A program made the translations under genes and the position numbers. The notes beneath the pieces are model-generated. The model was not told the DNA's origin and searched no databases. It was given only the letters and a program-made list of their open reading frames with translations. A stretch of 64,000 bases of DNA, taken from an uncultured delta proteobacterium. Lineage in GTDB: Bacteria > Myxococcota > Myxococcia > Myxococcales > Myxococcaceae. This document shows, one piece after another, positions 43,076 through 53,384 of this stretch. Numbering within the stretch: the stretch's first letter is position 1; every line of letters begins with the position of its first letter. The stretch is taken from assembly GCA_963771175.1 (NCBI GenBank), contig CAVYSY010000032.1, positions 192,001 to 256,000 on the forward strand. Reading direction: 5' to 3'.

Positions 43076-44355
43076 CCGGCGAGTGTGCGTGCGGGGTCGG
43101 TGGCGGCGGCGCGATGGCTGGGGAACCAGGCCCCGGCCAGCGCGGCCAGCAACCCTAGCACCACTCCGCCCACCACCACCGGCCAGGGGAAGGAGAAGAA
43201 GCTCTCGGGCTTGAAGGGGAACTGCGGGAGGTAGGAGGTCGCGAGCCGATCCATGACCAGCGCGAGCACGATGGCCGCGAGGGTGCCCAGGAGACCGCCG
43301 GCCAGCCCCACCACGCCCGCCTCGGCCAGGAAGATGTTGCGCACGTCCGCGCGAGAGGCCCCCACCGCCTGCATGACGCCAATCTCCTTGGCGCGCGCAC
43401 GCACCGAGGCGCTCAGCGCATGGGCGATGTTCACCGCCGCGAGCACGCAGATGAGGATGGACAACAGCGCCAGCGCGGACGTGGTGAGGGCCACCGCGGC
43501 GCCCACGTTCTCCGCGAGCCGCCGCTCCTGGTCGTCGATCTCCAGGCCCATCTCCCTCACGGACTCGATGAGGCTCGGCACCGCGCCCGGGCTGGAGGCC
43601 ACCAGCGTGACGCCGGAGTACGTCTCCGCGTCCTGGCCCAGCTCGCGGTTGAGGCGGATGGCCGTGTCCAGGGGAATGGTGACGCCCGCGAGCAGCGCGC
43701 GGTCGGACGCGCCCACCACCTGCACCTGGGACGTGATGACCGGGGCGTCCGGCACCGGGGCCGCCACGTAGGAGCGGTTGAAGTCCACCGGCACGGTGAA
43801 GCCGACGAGCATGCTCGGCGCCAGCCTCGGCAGCTTCCGGGCCGGGGCGAAGGTGTTGTTGTAGATCTCCAGCAACCGCGTGGAGATGAGGCCCGGGATG
43901 GGTTGACCCGGCCCCGGGTCCACGAACTTGCCCATCTGCACGTCGCCCTCGACGAGCCCGGGCTCCACGCCCACCGCGAGCACGTCCATGCCCATGCGCA
44001 GCTTCCGGCCGAAGAAGTCGCCGTTGTAGAGGCTCGCCGCGGGGGCGCGCACGCTCATCTTCCGGTACGTCTTCTCCACGTCCGGCAGCGCCTGGAGCCG
44101 CTCCACCATGGCCGTGTCCAGCTTGCCACCGCCGAGGAACGAGCCGAGCGACACCGCGGGCGGCACCACGTCCACCAGCCGCGCGTCGTTGGGGAAGATG
44201 CGCTCGCGGATGACGCGGCCCACCCCCAGGCCCAGGCCCAGGAAGAAGACGAGCGCCCCCACCCCCATGGCCACGCCGAAGGCGGAGAAGAACGCGCCCC
44301 GCCGCTCTCGCGAGAGGCTCAGCCGCACCAGCCGGGCCAGCGCCGCGCCCCTCAT
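43072..44355 (-). CDS. ABC transporter permease (FtsX/MacB-like)
   Basis: N-terminal TM, periplasmic domain, RAKEIGVMQAVGAS...FLAEA, AWFPSHRAA. Confidence 0.9.
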   Translation of the reverse strand: MRGAALARLVRLSLSRERRGAFFSAFGVAMGVGALVFFLGLGLGVGRVIRERIFPNDARLVDVVPPAVSLGSFLGGGKLDTAMVERLQALPDVEKTYRKMSVRAPAASLYNGDFFGRKLRMGMDVLAVGVEPGLVEGDVQMGKFVDPGPGQPIPGLISTRLLEIYNNTFAPARKLPRLAPSMLVGFTVPVDFNRSYVAAPVPDAPVITSQVQVVGASDRALLAGVTIPLDTAIRLNRELGQDAETYSGVTLVASSPGAVPSLIESVREMGLEIDDQERRLAENVGAAVALTTSALALLSILICVLAAVNIAHALSASVRARAKEIGVMQAVGASRADVRNIFLAEAGVVGLAGGLLGTLAAIVLALVMDRLATSYLPQFPFKPESFFSFPWPVVVGGVVLGLLAALAGAWFPSHRAAATDPARTLAG

Positions 44356-45047
44356 GACACACCTCCCGCCAGCGCCGGCTGGGGCTCCTCGACGAGCCGG
44401 CCCTCCTTGAGGCGCAGCACGCGCCTGGCCGCCGAGCTCATCCGCTCCTCGTGGGTGACGGCGAGCAGGGTGAGGCCCTCGCGGTGCAGTTCCTGGAAGA
44501 GCGAGATGACGCCAGCGCCCGTGGCGGCATCGAGGTTGCCGGTGGGCTCGTCACAGAGGAGCAGCCGGGGCCCGGTGAAGAGGGCGCGGGCGATGGCCAC
44601 GCGCTGCCGCTCGCCGCCGGAGAGCCGCACCGGGGAGCGGTCCTTCTTGGCCAGCAGCCCCACCCGGTCGAGCAGGGCCTCGGCGCGCTTGCGGGCATCC
44701 ACGCTGGCGGCGCCGAAGTGCGAGGGCATCAGCACGTTCTCCACCGCGGACAGGTTGGGGATGAGGTGGAAGGACTGGAAGACGAAGCCCACGTGCTGGT
44801 TGCGGAAGCGCGCGAGCTCCTTGTCCTTGAGGCCGGACAGCTTCACGCCGGCCACCTCCACGTCGCCCTGGTAGTGGACGTCCAGCCCGCCCAGCAGGTG
44901 CAGCAGCGTGGACTTGCCGCTGCCCGAGGGGCCCACCACCGCGACGAAGTCGCCGTCCGCCACGTCGAGCGACAGCCCATCCAGGACGCGCACCTCGGTG
45001 CCGTCCCCGTCCCGGTACTGCTTGACGATGTCTCGTGCGCGTATCAC
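44352..45047 (-). CDS. ABC transporter ATP-binding protein
   Basis: GPSGSGKS, LSGGERQR, CDEPTGNLD. Confidence 0.93.
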   Translation of the reverse strand: MIRARDIVKQYRDGDGTEVRVLDGLSLDVADGDFVAVVGPSGSGKSTLLHLLGGLDVHYQGDVEVAGVKLSGLKDKELARFRNQHVGFVFQSFHLIPNLSAVENVLMPSHFGAASVDARKRAEALLDRVGLLAKKDRSPVRLSGGERQRVAIARALFTGPRLLLCDEPTGNLDAATGAGVISLFQELHREGLTLLAVTHEERMSSAARRVLRLKEGRLVEEPQPALAGGVS

Positions 45048-46658
45048 TGGGGGGGCACCAACCAGAGGGTGAGCTCGGCTTGCAGGGCCTTCTCCTTCTC
45101 GGAGAGGCCCAGCGTCACCGCGCGAAGGTCATCCGTGGCCTCCAGCCAGCGCACCGTGGTCGCCTTGATGGCGAAGCCGCCGATGCCCCAGGCCTCGGAG
45201 GGGAGCGCCTTCACCGCGTCGGAGAGGCGCCGCCAGTCCAGCACCGCCCCCAGCACCGGACCCTGGAGCGCTCCGCGCAGCTCCTCGGCCACGGGGTCCT
45301 GGCCCGCGGGGCCCTTGAGTCCCGTGAGCGCCGCCTCGAGGCGGGACTGCGGCGCGGCCATCACCACCTTGTCTCCCACCGCGGCGAAGTGCGCGCCCTC
45401 GCCCTGCCGGTACGAGGTGAGGTAGACGCGCTGGCCCCCGAGCTCCGCGGGCTTCACCTCGGCGCCGAAGCGCGGGGCCATGGCGGGCACCTTCTCCAGG
45501 GTGGCGGGGATGCTGGTGGTGTCCTTCGCCTCGCCCATCACCACGAGGTGCACATAGCGGAAGGGGTTGATGCGCCGCGGGTCCAACGCGGGCATGCCGG
45601 CGCCGAGCTGCACGGTGGGCGCCAGGGACACGCCCGCGACGAGACCGGGCTTCAGCTTGTCCAGCAGCTCGCCCTTCACGTCGAAGCCGCTCTGCTGCAC
45701 GGCGCGGGTGACGTAGGAGCCGACGAGGTACGGCCAGACGCCGCTGAGCTGCGCGGGATCTCCCCGGTAGCGCGCCACGAGGAAGCTGTCCGCCGGCAGG
45801 TAGCCGAGCAGCTCCGGGGACTGCTGAGGGACGAGCGCGGCGAGCGAGGCCTGCGTGTCCGGCCAGGGCGAGTCCACGCGCAGCGTCACCGCGCGCTCGC
45901 CGAGCGAGCCCGTCACGGTGACGGACTGGGTGGTGCCGGCGGGGACGAGGAAGCCGATGCCACCGGGGAGGAAGGCGTAGAAGTCGCGCTCGGCGGGCAG
46001 CCGCTTGAGGGAGGCCGAGAGGAGCGGCTCCTGGGCGAGCGACTTGCTCCGCGGGCAGCGTGGCGTAGCCGGAGAGCTGGGGCACCATGGCGCCCGCGCC
46101 CAGCAGGGCATACCCCTCGGTGAAGAGGAGCCCCAGCGAGGGCTGCTGCGCGCCGGGCCTGCTGAAGGTGACGAGCGTGCCGCCGGGGACCTTCTGCTCG
46201 GCGCTCTGGGAGGCTCCGAGGCGGTCGCGAGCGAGCTTGGAGAAGGTGTCGCGCAGGGTCTTCTCGTCCTTCACGCCGAGCACGGAGAAGACCTGGTTCC
46301 CGCCGAGGAAGGCCGCGCCCGCGCCACGCCCCGGGTCGATGCCGGCGGCCTCCATGGACTGGCGGCTGCGCAGGTCCACGCCCACCTGGCGCATGATGCT
46401 GGAGACGTAGGACTCGGCGGACGAGGCGTTCTGGAGCTGGGCGAGGAAGTTGGCCAGCTTGAGGTTCTGGAAGCGCGCGAGCTTCTCGCCGAAGGCGCCA
46501 AGGTCGGGCACGACGAGGGCGGCCTGGGCGCCGCGCGGCAGGAAGCGGGCGGGGTCGGTCGTCTTCGCCCCCAGGAGGCCCTGCTTCTCGCCGCAGCGGG
46601 AGCAGCCGGCGAATACGAGCAACACGAGCAGAGGCCAGAGTGAGGCGCGGCGGAGCAT
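45044..46658 (-). CDS. Hypothetical lipoprotein (frameshift at about 46050)
   Basis: Lipobox VFAGC; two ORF halves join at YATLP / KSLAQEP; coupled to the ABC ATPase. Confidence 0.7.
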
Positions 46659-46833
46659 AGAAGTCGGAGTGCAGACGGGCCCGGGCCCGGAGTCAAATTC
46701 TTCGTGCGGGGGGCACGAATCGGCCGTCTGGGGGCCGACCTTGCCCTACCCGAAGCCGCACTGCGAGCATGGGTGCTCACCCCATAGCCCGGCGAGTCCA
46801 GGGTGGCGGGGACACCTCAGGGAGGGAAGCACC

Positions 46834-47937
46834 ATGTTCGAGTCCGTCACTCGCTGGGCCGGCCTGCTGGCAGCGCTGTTGCTGCTGGTCACGGGCACGG
46901 CGGCGGAGGCCACCACCGTCCGGGTCCACTACGACGTCGGCTACGGCAACCGCATCACCATCCGAGGCAGCAAGGCGCCCCTGTCCTGGAGCACCGGGAC
47001 GAACGCCACGTGGACCACGGGCAACGTCTGGACGCTGTCCTGGGCCAACACCGTGGGCGATGTGGAGCTCAAGCCGCTCGTCAACGACGCGGCCTGGTCC
47101 ACCGGCGCCAACTACCTCATCAAGGCCGGCGCCACGGTGGACATCTATCCGTTCTTCGGCGCGGCCTCGGGCCGGCTGCAGTACGTCTACAACTTCTACT
47201 CGCCGCAGTTCGGCAACTCGCGCACGCTCACCATCTACCTGCCGCCGAGCTACTCGGAGAACCCGCTCAAGCGCTACCCGGTGCTGTACGCGCACGACGG
47301 GCAGAACCTCTTCAATGCCTCCACCGCCACCTACGGCGTCGAGTGGCGCATGGACGAGACGGCCAACTCGCTCATCGGCAATGGCCAGATGGACGAGGCC
47401 ATCATCGTGGGCATCGATCACGGTGGCTCGAATCGCATCTACGAGCTGACCCCCTGCTGCGATCCACAGTACGGCGGCGGAGGCGCGGACAGTTACGAGC
47501 GGTTCATCCTCGACACGGTGAGGCCGTACATCAACCAGAACTTCCGGACGCTGACGACGAAGCCGAACACGGCGCTGATTGGCTCGTCGCTGGGCGGGCT
47601 GGTGTCGTTCTACATCGGGCGGCGCAACCCGACGGTCTTCGGAAAGCTGGCGGCGATGTCGAGCTCGTTCTGGTGGAACAACCAGGCGCTCACGCAGCAG
47701 GTGGAGGCGGCCACCACGAAGGTGGCGGTGAACTTCTACATCGACGCGGGGACGAACAGCGACGGACTGCCGGAGACGACGCGGATGCGGGACGCGCTGG
47801 TGGTGGACGGGCACGTCCAGGGCAAGGACCTGTACTACTACGTGGCCCAGGGCGCGGGGCACAACGAGTCCTCGTGGGCGGCGCGGCTCCACATCCCGCT
47901 CACGTACCTGTTCCCCTGGCAGAGCACGGTCTACTGA
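46834..47937 (+). CDS. Secreted alpha/beta hydrolase (esterase family) with N-terminal CBM20-like domain
   Basis: Signal peptide; VHYDVGYGNRITIRGS...LSW; YPVLYAHDGQNLF; GSSLGG; HNESSW. Confidence 0.85.
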   Translation: MFESVTRWAGLLAALLLLVTGTAAEATTVRVHYDVGYGNRITIRGSKAPLSWSTGTNATWTTGNVWTLSWANTVGDVELKPLVNDAAWSTGANYLIKAGATVDIYPFFGAASGRLQYVYNFYSPQFGNSRTLTIYLPPSYSENPLKRYPVLYAHDGQNLFNASTATYGVEWRMDETANSLIGNGQMDEAIIVGIDHGGSNRIYELTPCCDPQYGGGGADSYERFILDTVRPYINQNFRTLTTKPNTALIGSSLGGLVSFYIGRRNPTVFGKLAAMSSSFWWNNQALTQQVEAATTKVAVNFYIDAGTNSDGLPETTRMRDALVVDGHVQGKDLYYYVAQGAGHNESSWAARLHIPLTYLFPWQSTVY

Positions 47938-50123
47938 GCCGCGCCCGACCTCCTCCGAGACCTCGCCTGGAGCAGGCCCGCGGCGGCGAGCAGCACCACC
48001 GCCGCGGCGCTCGTGAAGGCACCGGCCGCGAGCCCCGGCGTCCGGTACTCGAAACGCACCACGTGCCGCCCCGCGGACAGGGGCACCGCGCGCACGGCGT
48101 GGTTCGCCGGGTACATCGGCAGGGGCTTCCCGTCCTCGGAGGCCTCCACCCCCGCGTAGTACGACTCGTTGAGCACCAGCATGCCTGGCGCGGCGAGCGT
48201 GGCCTCGACCTCGACGGCATCCCCCAGGCGGCGGATGCGATCCACGGGTTGGGCCGGACCGCCGGGCGCGTGCTCCAACTCCGGCCCCACGCCCTCCGCC
48301 CCGGCCTCCAGCACCACCTCCGCGCCGGGACGGAAGCCCGAGGAGCCCAGGTACTCCAGCACCCGCTCGCGCGGCAGCACCTTCACCCCCTGGGTGACGT
48401 AGGCACGCGGCAGGAAGCGCCGGAAGGGCACCGCCATGGCATCGGCGCGCTCGTCATGACCCACGGCCTGCTGGCGCTGCTCCGGCCGCAGCGTGGCCGG
48501 AGAGGCGATGAAGAAGCGCGTGCCGTACACCCCCGCGAGCTTCCCCACCCAGCGCTCCTGATTCCCGAGCACCAGCTCGTGGTACCGGGCGGAGAAGCCC
48601 TGCAGGTACACGTTGGCCGTGGGCAGCCCGTGCAGCGAGCCTCGTAGGGGCATGAGGGCCGCGTTCTGCACGGTGTCCAGCTCCGCGCGCGTCTCGTACC
48701 GGCGCTCCAGCTTCCACAGGAACAGGTAGGTGAAGCCCTCGCCCGAGACACCGCCACGGCGGAGCGCCTCCGCGAGGGGCGGCGGCTCGTAGAAGTCCGT
48801 CGGCGCGGTGAGCACCGTGCGAGCGTTGGCGAGCCCCAGGTCCAACGCCACCACGGCGAGCGCCACGTACGACAGCATCGGAACGAGCTTCCCGCGCCAC
48901 GCCGCCGCGGACAGCGCGCCCGCGAGCACCAGGGCCAGCAGGGAGGGCTCCCACGCCCCGAGCACGATTCCGGCCACCGCCGCCAGCGCGCACAGCGAGC
49001 CCGGGAGGAAGCGGAGGCGATCGCGGCGCAACACCTGCTGGGCTCCACGCGCGGCGAGCAGCGGGATGACCAGCATGGCGGGGCCCATGGCCTTGATGGG
49101 GAACTGGAACGACTTCCAGAACGGGACGACCGCCGAGAAGAGGGACCACAGCGGCGTGGTCGAGCCCGTGGCGAGCAGCAGCGAGACGGAGGCGATGCCC
49201 ACCAGCTGCGGGCGCAGCCGACCACGCGTCGCGGCCCCCACCAGCGCGAGCGCCGCCACGCCGAGCCCCAGGTAGGTCGTCTCGAACATGACGTCGCGGC
49301 CCGCGAGAGCATCGGGCTCCACCATGCCCAGGAGCTGTGGCAGGTCGAGTCGCCAGTAATCCGAGCCGACGATGCCAGCCCCGGTCGAGCGCGGGGACTC
49401 CCGGAAGAGCAGGAGCGACGGGACGAGCTGCACCGCCGCCAGGGCCACGGCGAGCACCGCCCCGAGCCCGAGCGACAGGACCGGGCGCAGCAACCGCTGG
49501 GGCCGGGTGCGCCGCACCACCAGCGCGGCGGAGCCGAGCAGTCCCATGATGGCGAGGTGCGGGTCCCCAGCGAGCAGCATCCACGCGAGCGACAGCGCGA
49601 GCACCAGCGGGCGAGACCTCACGTCACCGCGACACCGCAGCGCGCCCCACCACATCCACGGGAGCGCCGCGGCCGCCAGGGACATGGAGGTGAACTCGGT
49701 CAGGCCCAGGAAGTAGGCGCCGAGGGTATAGGCGGTGGCCGCCAGCGACGCGAACACCGGTCGCAGGCCCAGCGCGCGTCCGAGCCTCCAGGTGCCCAGC
49801 AAGGCGAGCGGCACCGGCAGCAACATCTGGAGCACGAAGGCCGCGTGGAACGGCAGCGCCAGGAAGAAGAGCGTGCTCGGGTGGAACGCGCTGACGACGG
49901 GCACGGCGACGAACGGCATGCCCAGACCGTCCCACGGCCACCACTCCGGCAGGGTGCCCGCGCGCAGCGCCTCGCTCAACGCACGCTTGAGCGGCACGAA
50001 CAGCAGGCTCATGTCGCGCCGGAAGGGCAGCTCGCCCAGGAAGACGAGCCCGCGAAAGACGAAGAGCGCGGCGACCGCCGGGACGAGCAGCGGTCCAAGT
50101 CCGCGCAGGCGACTTCCCCTCAT
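47931..50123 (-). CDS. YfhO family membrane protein (putative GT-C glycosyltransferase)
   Basis: FRRD...F.P, LPEWWPWDGLGMPF, many TMs, LPRAY, LVLNESYYAG, ANHAVRAV...G.HVVRFEY. Confidence 0.8.
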   Translation of the reverse strand: MRGSRLRGLGPLLVPAVAALFVFRGLVFLGELPFRRDMSLLFVPLKRALSEALRAGTLPEWWPWDGLGMPFVAVPVVSAFHPSTLFFLALPFHAAFVLQMLLPVPLALLGTWRLGRALGLRPVFASLAATAYTLGAYFLGLTEFTSMSLAAAALPWMWWGALRCRGDVRSRPLVLALSLAWMLLAGDPHLAIMGLLGSAALVVRRTRPQRLLRPVLSLGLGAVLAVALAAVQLVPSLLLFRESPRSTGAGIVGSDYWRLDLPQLLGMVEPDALAGRDVMFETTYLGLGVAALALVGAATRGRLRPQLVGIASVSLLLATGSTTPLWSLFSAVVPFWKSFQFPIKAMGPAMLVIPLLAARGAQQVLRRDRLRFLPGSLCALAAVAGIVLGAWEPSLLALVLAGALSAAAWRGKLVPMLSYVALAVVALDLGLANARTVLTAPTDFYEPPPLAEALRRGGVSGEGFTYLFLWKLERRYETRAELDTVQNAALMPLRGSLHGLPTANVYLQGFSARYHELVLGNQERWVGKLAGVYGTRFFIASPATLRPEQRQQAVGHDERADAMAVPFRRFLPRAYVTQGVKVLPRERVLEYLGSSGFRPGAEVVLEAGAEGVGPELEHAPGGPAQPVDRIRRLGDAVEVEATLAAPGMLVLNESYYAGVEASEDGKPLPMYPANHAVRAVPLSAGRHVVRFEYRTPGLAAGAFTSAAAVVLLAAAGLLQARSRRRSGAAQ

Positions 50124-50139
50124 AGAAGCTTTCGATCCT

Positions 50140-50718
50140 TCACCAGATGTTATCGGAGAAGAGGCAGTGGATGAGCTTCACCTTACCAAAACCCGTGTTG
50201 CCAACTTGGAGATCTGGCACGGGGGTGAAGAGAACCTCGTTGGGCAACCTGACGGTCCCGAACGACTCGCGAACGAGCGCATCCAGCTCCGCTTCTAAAG
50301 GCTGGAGCTCAGGAGGAAGTGGAGGGAACAACACCTCGGAACTCGACTCTTCCTCATTCAAATCCACTTCTTGAGAGGCATGGAGGAGATGAACCGGAGC
50401 CAGGATGCTCGTGAATACCACGATGCACTTCCTCTCACGCTGACCCCGCCGCGTGCCGGGCAGATAGACCCGGACATGGCGGCTTGGCTCGTAAGGCAGG
50501 CCGGGCAAGTCCCATTGCACGCACTCAGGGAGTTGCTCGCGCACTCGCTGCCGGAAGCTCTTCCACGCCCTGGTGTCCTTATGAGCGGCCCAGCGCAATG
50601 CGTTCCATCTCTTGTATTCCTCGGTTTGTCTGTGCCGGGGATCGTCGCCATGAATCCCTGCCGGAAAGTACTGATGCACGAGATTGATGAGGGACTCCGC
50701 GGAAAAACGCTCATCCAT
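50140..50718 (-). CDS. Hypothetical protein; possible immunity partner of the upstream lipoprotein
   Basis: 192 aa, GAGG RBS, 13 bp after the lipoprotein stop, atypical AT-richer codons. Confidence 0.65.
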   Translation of the reverse strand: MDERFSAESLINLVHQYFPAGIHGDDPRHRQTEEYKRWNALRWAAHKDTRAWKSFRQRVREQLPECVQWDLPGLPYEPSRHVRVYLPGTRRGQRERKCIVVFTSILAPVHLLHASQEVDLNEEESSSEVLFPPLPPELQPLEAELDALVRESFGTVRLPNEVLFTPVPDLQVGNTGFGKVKLIHCLFSDNIW

Positions 50719-50731
50719 CCTGTCTCACCTC

Positions 50732-51202
50732 TCAATCCTCGGGAAAGGATGTCGGCTCGATTCCCTGCCTGACGAACTTCGTCACCGTGGCTCCATTGAT
50801 GGACCTCACCAAGAACCTCAGCATCTCGCCTCGGAACTGCTGGCAGGCAAGTGCGGAGACGGTCTCGGGTCCACGCAGCACCATCTGAGCAGCCGCATCA
50901 GCGGCTTCTGACGACCTCCCCTGCGCGACCGCGTTCGAAATCGAGCGTTTCCAATTGATGATGGGCACTCCGACTTCGACGTCGCACCAGGCCTGCAACG
51001 GCCTGCTCCGAGACACCCGAGACAACAGGATGTTCACCTGGGCAATCTTCCATCCCCCCGCCTCCGGTCCCGGCTCGGACACGATATCGTGGAACTCGAA
51101 AGCCGATGGAGGAATGCGTCCGCCGGAAACGGTCGCGCACGCCTCCAGCAGGAACGTCATCGTCCCCAACAGGAACAAGCGAACGAAAAGTCTCCGCTTC
51201 AT
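50732..51202 (-). CDS. Small lipoprotein of unknown function
   Basis: MKRR + hydrophobic stretch + LEAC lipobox; GGAG RBS. Confidence 0.75.
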   Translation of the reverse strand: MKRRLFVRLFLLGTMTFLLEACATVSGGRIPPSAFEFHDIVSEPGPEAGGWKIAQVNILLSRVSRSRPLQAWCDVEVGVPIINWKRSISNAVAQGRSSEAADAAAQMVLRGPETVSALACQQFRGEMLRFLVRSINGATVTKFVRQGIEPTSFPED

Positions 51203-51318
51203 GGTTCTCCCGTGAGCATGGGCACACAGAAGACATGAAACAGGAACTCACCCGGACCACGAACCGGCTCACGCCGCGTGCTGTCGAGAATCCGCCACCC
51301 GAGGAGAGGCGCCCCGCC

Positions 51319-52128
51319 CTACCGCACCCGCGTCCCGTGCGGCAGCGGGCCCGAGGTCTCCTCGGTGAAGTCGAGGAAGCGCTCCATCTGCCGCACCGTC
51401 TCGTCCGTGGCCTGCGCCTCCGCGTTGAGCGTCTCGAGCTGCCGGTTGACCACCTCCGGGTCTCGAATGGCGATGGACTGCTCGTGCGTCAGCCGCATCA
51501 GGTCCTCGATGCTCGCGAGCTGGTGGCTCACCACCTCACGGCTCTCCCCCGCCTGCTCGAAGCGCGCCAGCCGCTTCCGCAAAATCTCCAGCCGCTTCTC
51601 CTTCACGTCCTTCAGTCGCGGGTTCGTCTCCTGCGCCAGCTCCGCCTCCAGCAAGCGCACCTCCTTCTCCAGCGCATGCCGATCCGCCGAGTTGAGGTAC
51701 GTGCGGTACTGGTTCAGCGTGGAGATGAGCCGCAGGAACGAGGTGAGCAGCGTGTCCAGCTTCTGCTCGCTGCTGGCCGACAGCACCCGCCCCCCGGGCA
51801 GCTTCCCGTAGTTGGCGAGGATCTTCTCCTTCAGCCCCACGAGCTGCTGGTAGTGCTCGCGCTGCGAGGGCGCCAGGTCCGCCAGCAGCGACTCCACCTG
51901 CTGGCGCGCGGCCTCCTCGTCCGCCACTCCCGGCTCCCGCGAGCGCACCGCCCGCTGGAAGCGCTTCGAGGTGGTCGCCACCCCCAGGAACAGCCCCTCC
52001 ACTCCCAGCGCCACCAGCGCCGGCAGCGGCTCTTGCGTGAGCGCCGAGGAGGCCGCGGCGGTCAGCAGCCCCACCAGGTTGGCGGGCAACAGGAAGGCGG
52101 CCTTCAGGTAGTTGGGGGTACGGGCCAC
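51319..52128 (-). CDS. Membrane-anchored coiled-coil protein downstream of pspA
   Basis: Two N-terminal TM segments followed by a long helical region; host-like codons. Confidence 0.8.
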   Translation of the reverse strand: MARTPNYLKAAFLLPANLVGLLTAAASSALTQEPLPALVALGVEGLFLGVATTSKRFQRAVRSREPGVADEEAARQQVESLLADLAPSQREHYQQLVGLKEKILANYGKLPGGRVLSASSEQKLDTLLTSFLRLISTLNQYRTYLNSADRHALEKEVRLLEAELAQETNPRLKDVKEKRLEILRKRLARFEQAGESREVVSHQLASIEDLMRLTHEQSIAIRDPEVVNRQLETLNAEAQATDETVRQMERFLDFTEETSGPLPHGTRVR

Positions 52129-52168
52129 GGACGTCCTCGCCAGGGAGGCGCCCCGCGGGCAGAGGGCT

Positions 52169-53357
52169 TCAGGGCCCTCGCGCCTCCGACACGTATTTCA
52201 GCGCGCCGAGGTCGCGGGTGTCCTCGGCCGGCGGAGCCCCCGCCGTGCGCTTGATCTTCTGGTAGAGCGCCGAGGCGCTCTGGAACAACTCGTCATAGGT
52301 GACGGGCGCCTCGCCGGAAAGCCCGAAGAAGGCCCGATTGTCCGCCAGTGTCGCCGGGGGCGCGCTGCGGATGGCCTCGGTGGGGTCTCCCAGGTACGGG
52401 CGCCACCTCGCCCAACAGTCGCGCCGCCGGTCCCGGGTCCTTCAGGACACTGTTGCTGGCGTCCAGCAGCGCACGGATGATCCGGCGCACCGCGTCCGGG
52501 TAGCGCGCGGCGTAGTCGCCCCGGGCCACCAGCACCCAGGCCACCAGGTGCGGCGCGTCCGCCGTGGTGGCCAGCACCGCGCCGCCCCGGTCCCGAGCGG
52601 CCAGCTCCACGTCGCCCCACAGCCCCGACACCGCGTCCGCCCGGCCCTCGCGCAGCGCCCGGCCCGCGTCCAGCGTGGAGGGCAGGTCCACCCACCGCAC
52701 GTCCGACATGCGCAGGCCCGCGCGGGAGAGCGCCCACAGGGTGAAGTAGTACGAGGAGCCCGAGGGATACACCCCCAGCCGCTTGCCTCGCAGCGAGGCC
52801 AGGTCCGGCACGCCCACCGCCGCCAGGGCCTCCTGCCCGCGACTGCGCCCCACCAGCAGCACCGTGCGCGGCGCCGCGTCCCGGAGCGAGGGCAGCCAGG
52901 CCGCCAGCCGGTCCACCGAGATGGTCGCCATGTCCACCCCGCCATGCTCGGCGCCCACGGCCAGGGCCTTACGGAGCTCCTCCTCGCTGGCGAAGACGAC
53001 GGCGCGCGCATCCAGGGCGTAGCCCGTCTTCAGCACGCCCTGCGCCGCGCCCGGAGGAGCCCCGGGGTTGTCCAGCGTGGAGGCCCCACCGGTGGCCAGC
53101 AGCAGCGCTGCCGCCGAGCCGCGCGCGGTGAAGCCGATGAGCGTGGGCCGCAACGGCACCGAGGCCACGTCCGCCACGGGTGCCGCCACGCCCGCGGGGA
53201 AGTCACCCGGTGACAGGCGCACGGCCTGCTTCGCCGCCGGGAAGAAGCGCGCCTGGAGGCGATCCAGGTACCCCAGCCGCGAGGCCAGCAGGTACATCGC
53301 CCCCAGCACGCACAACACCAGGAACGGATAGAGGCCGGGTCCGCGTCGTAATGCCAT
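52169..53357 (-). CDS. SsuA/THI5-like substrate-binding protein (frameshift at about 52405)
   Basis: N-terminal [11 protein letters not shown]...[10 protein letters not shown]...GSSSYY; the frame continues [10 protein letters not shown]...EARGP* to 52169. Confidence 0.7.
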
Positions 53358-53384
53358 CAGCTCGGCCTCCTCCGTCCCATCGGG

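Noticed and set aside
46656..50128. Shared catagaag at the start codons of the 46658 and 50123 genes
   Set aside because: Only 8 bp and includes the start codon itself; compatible with chance.
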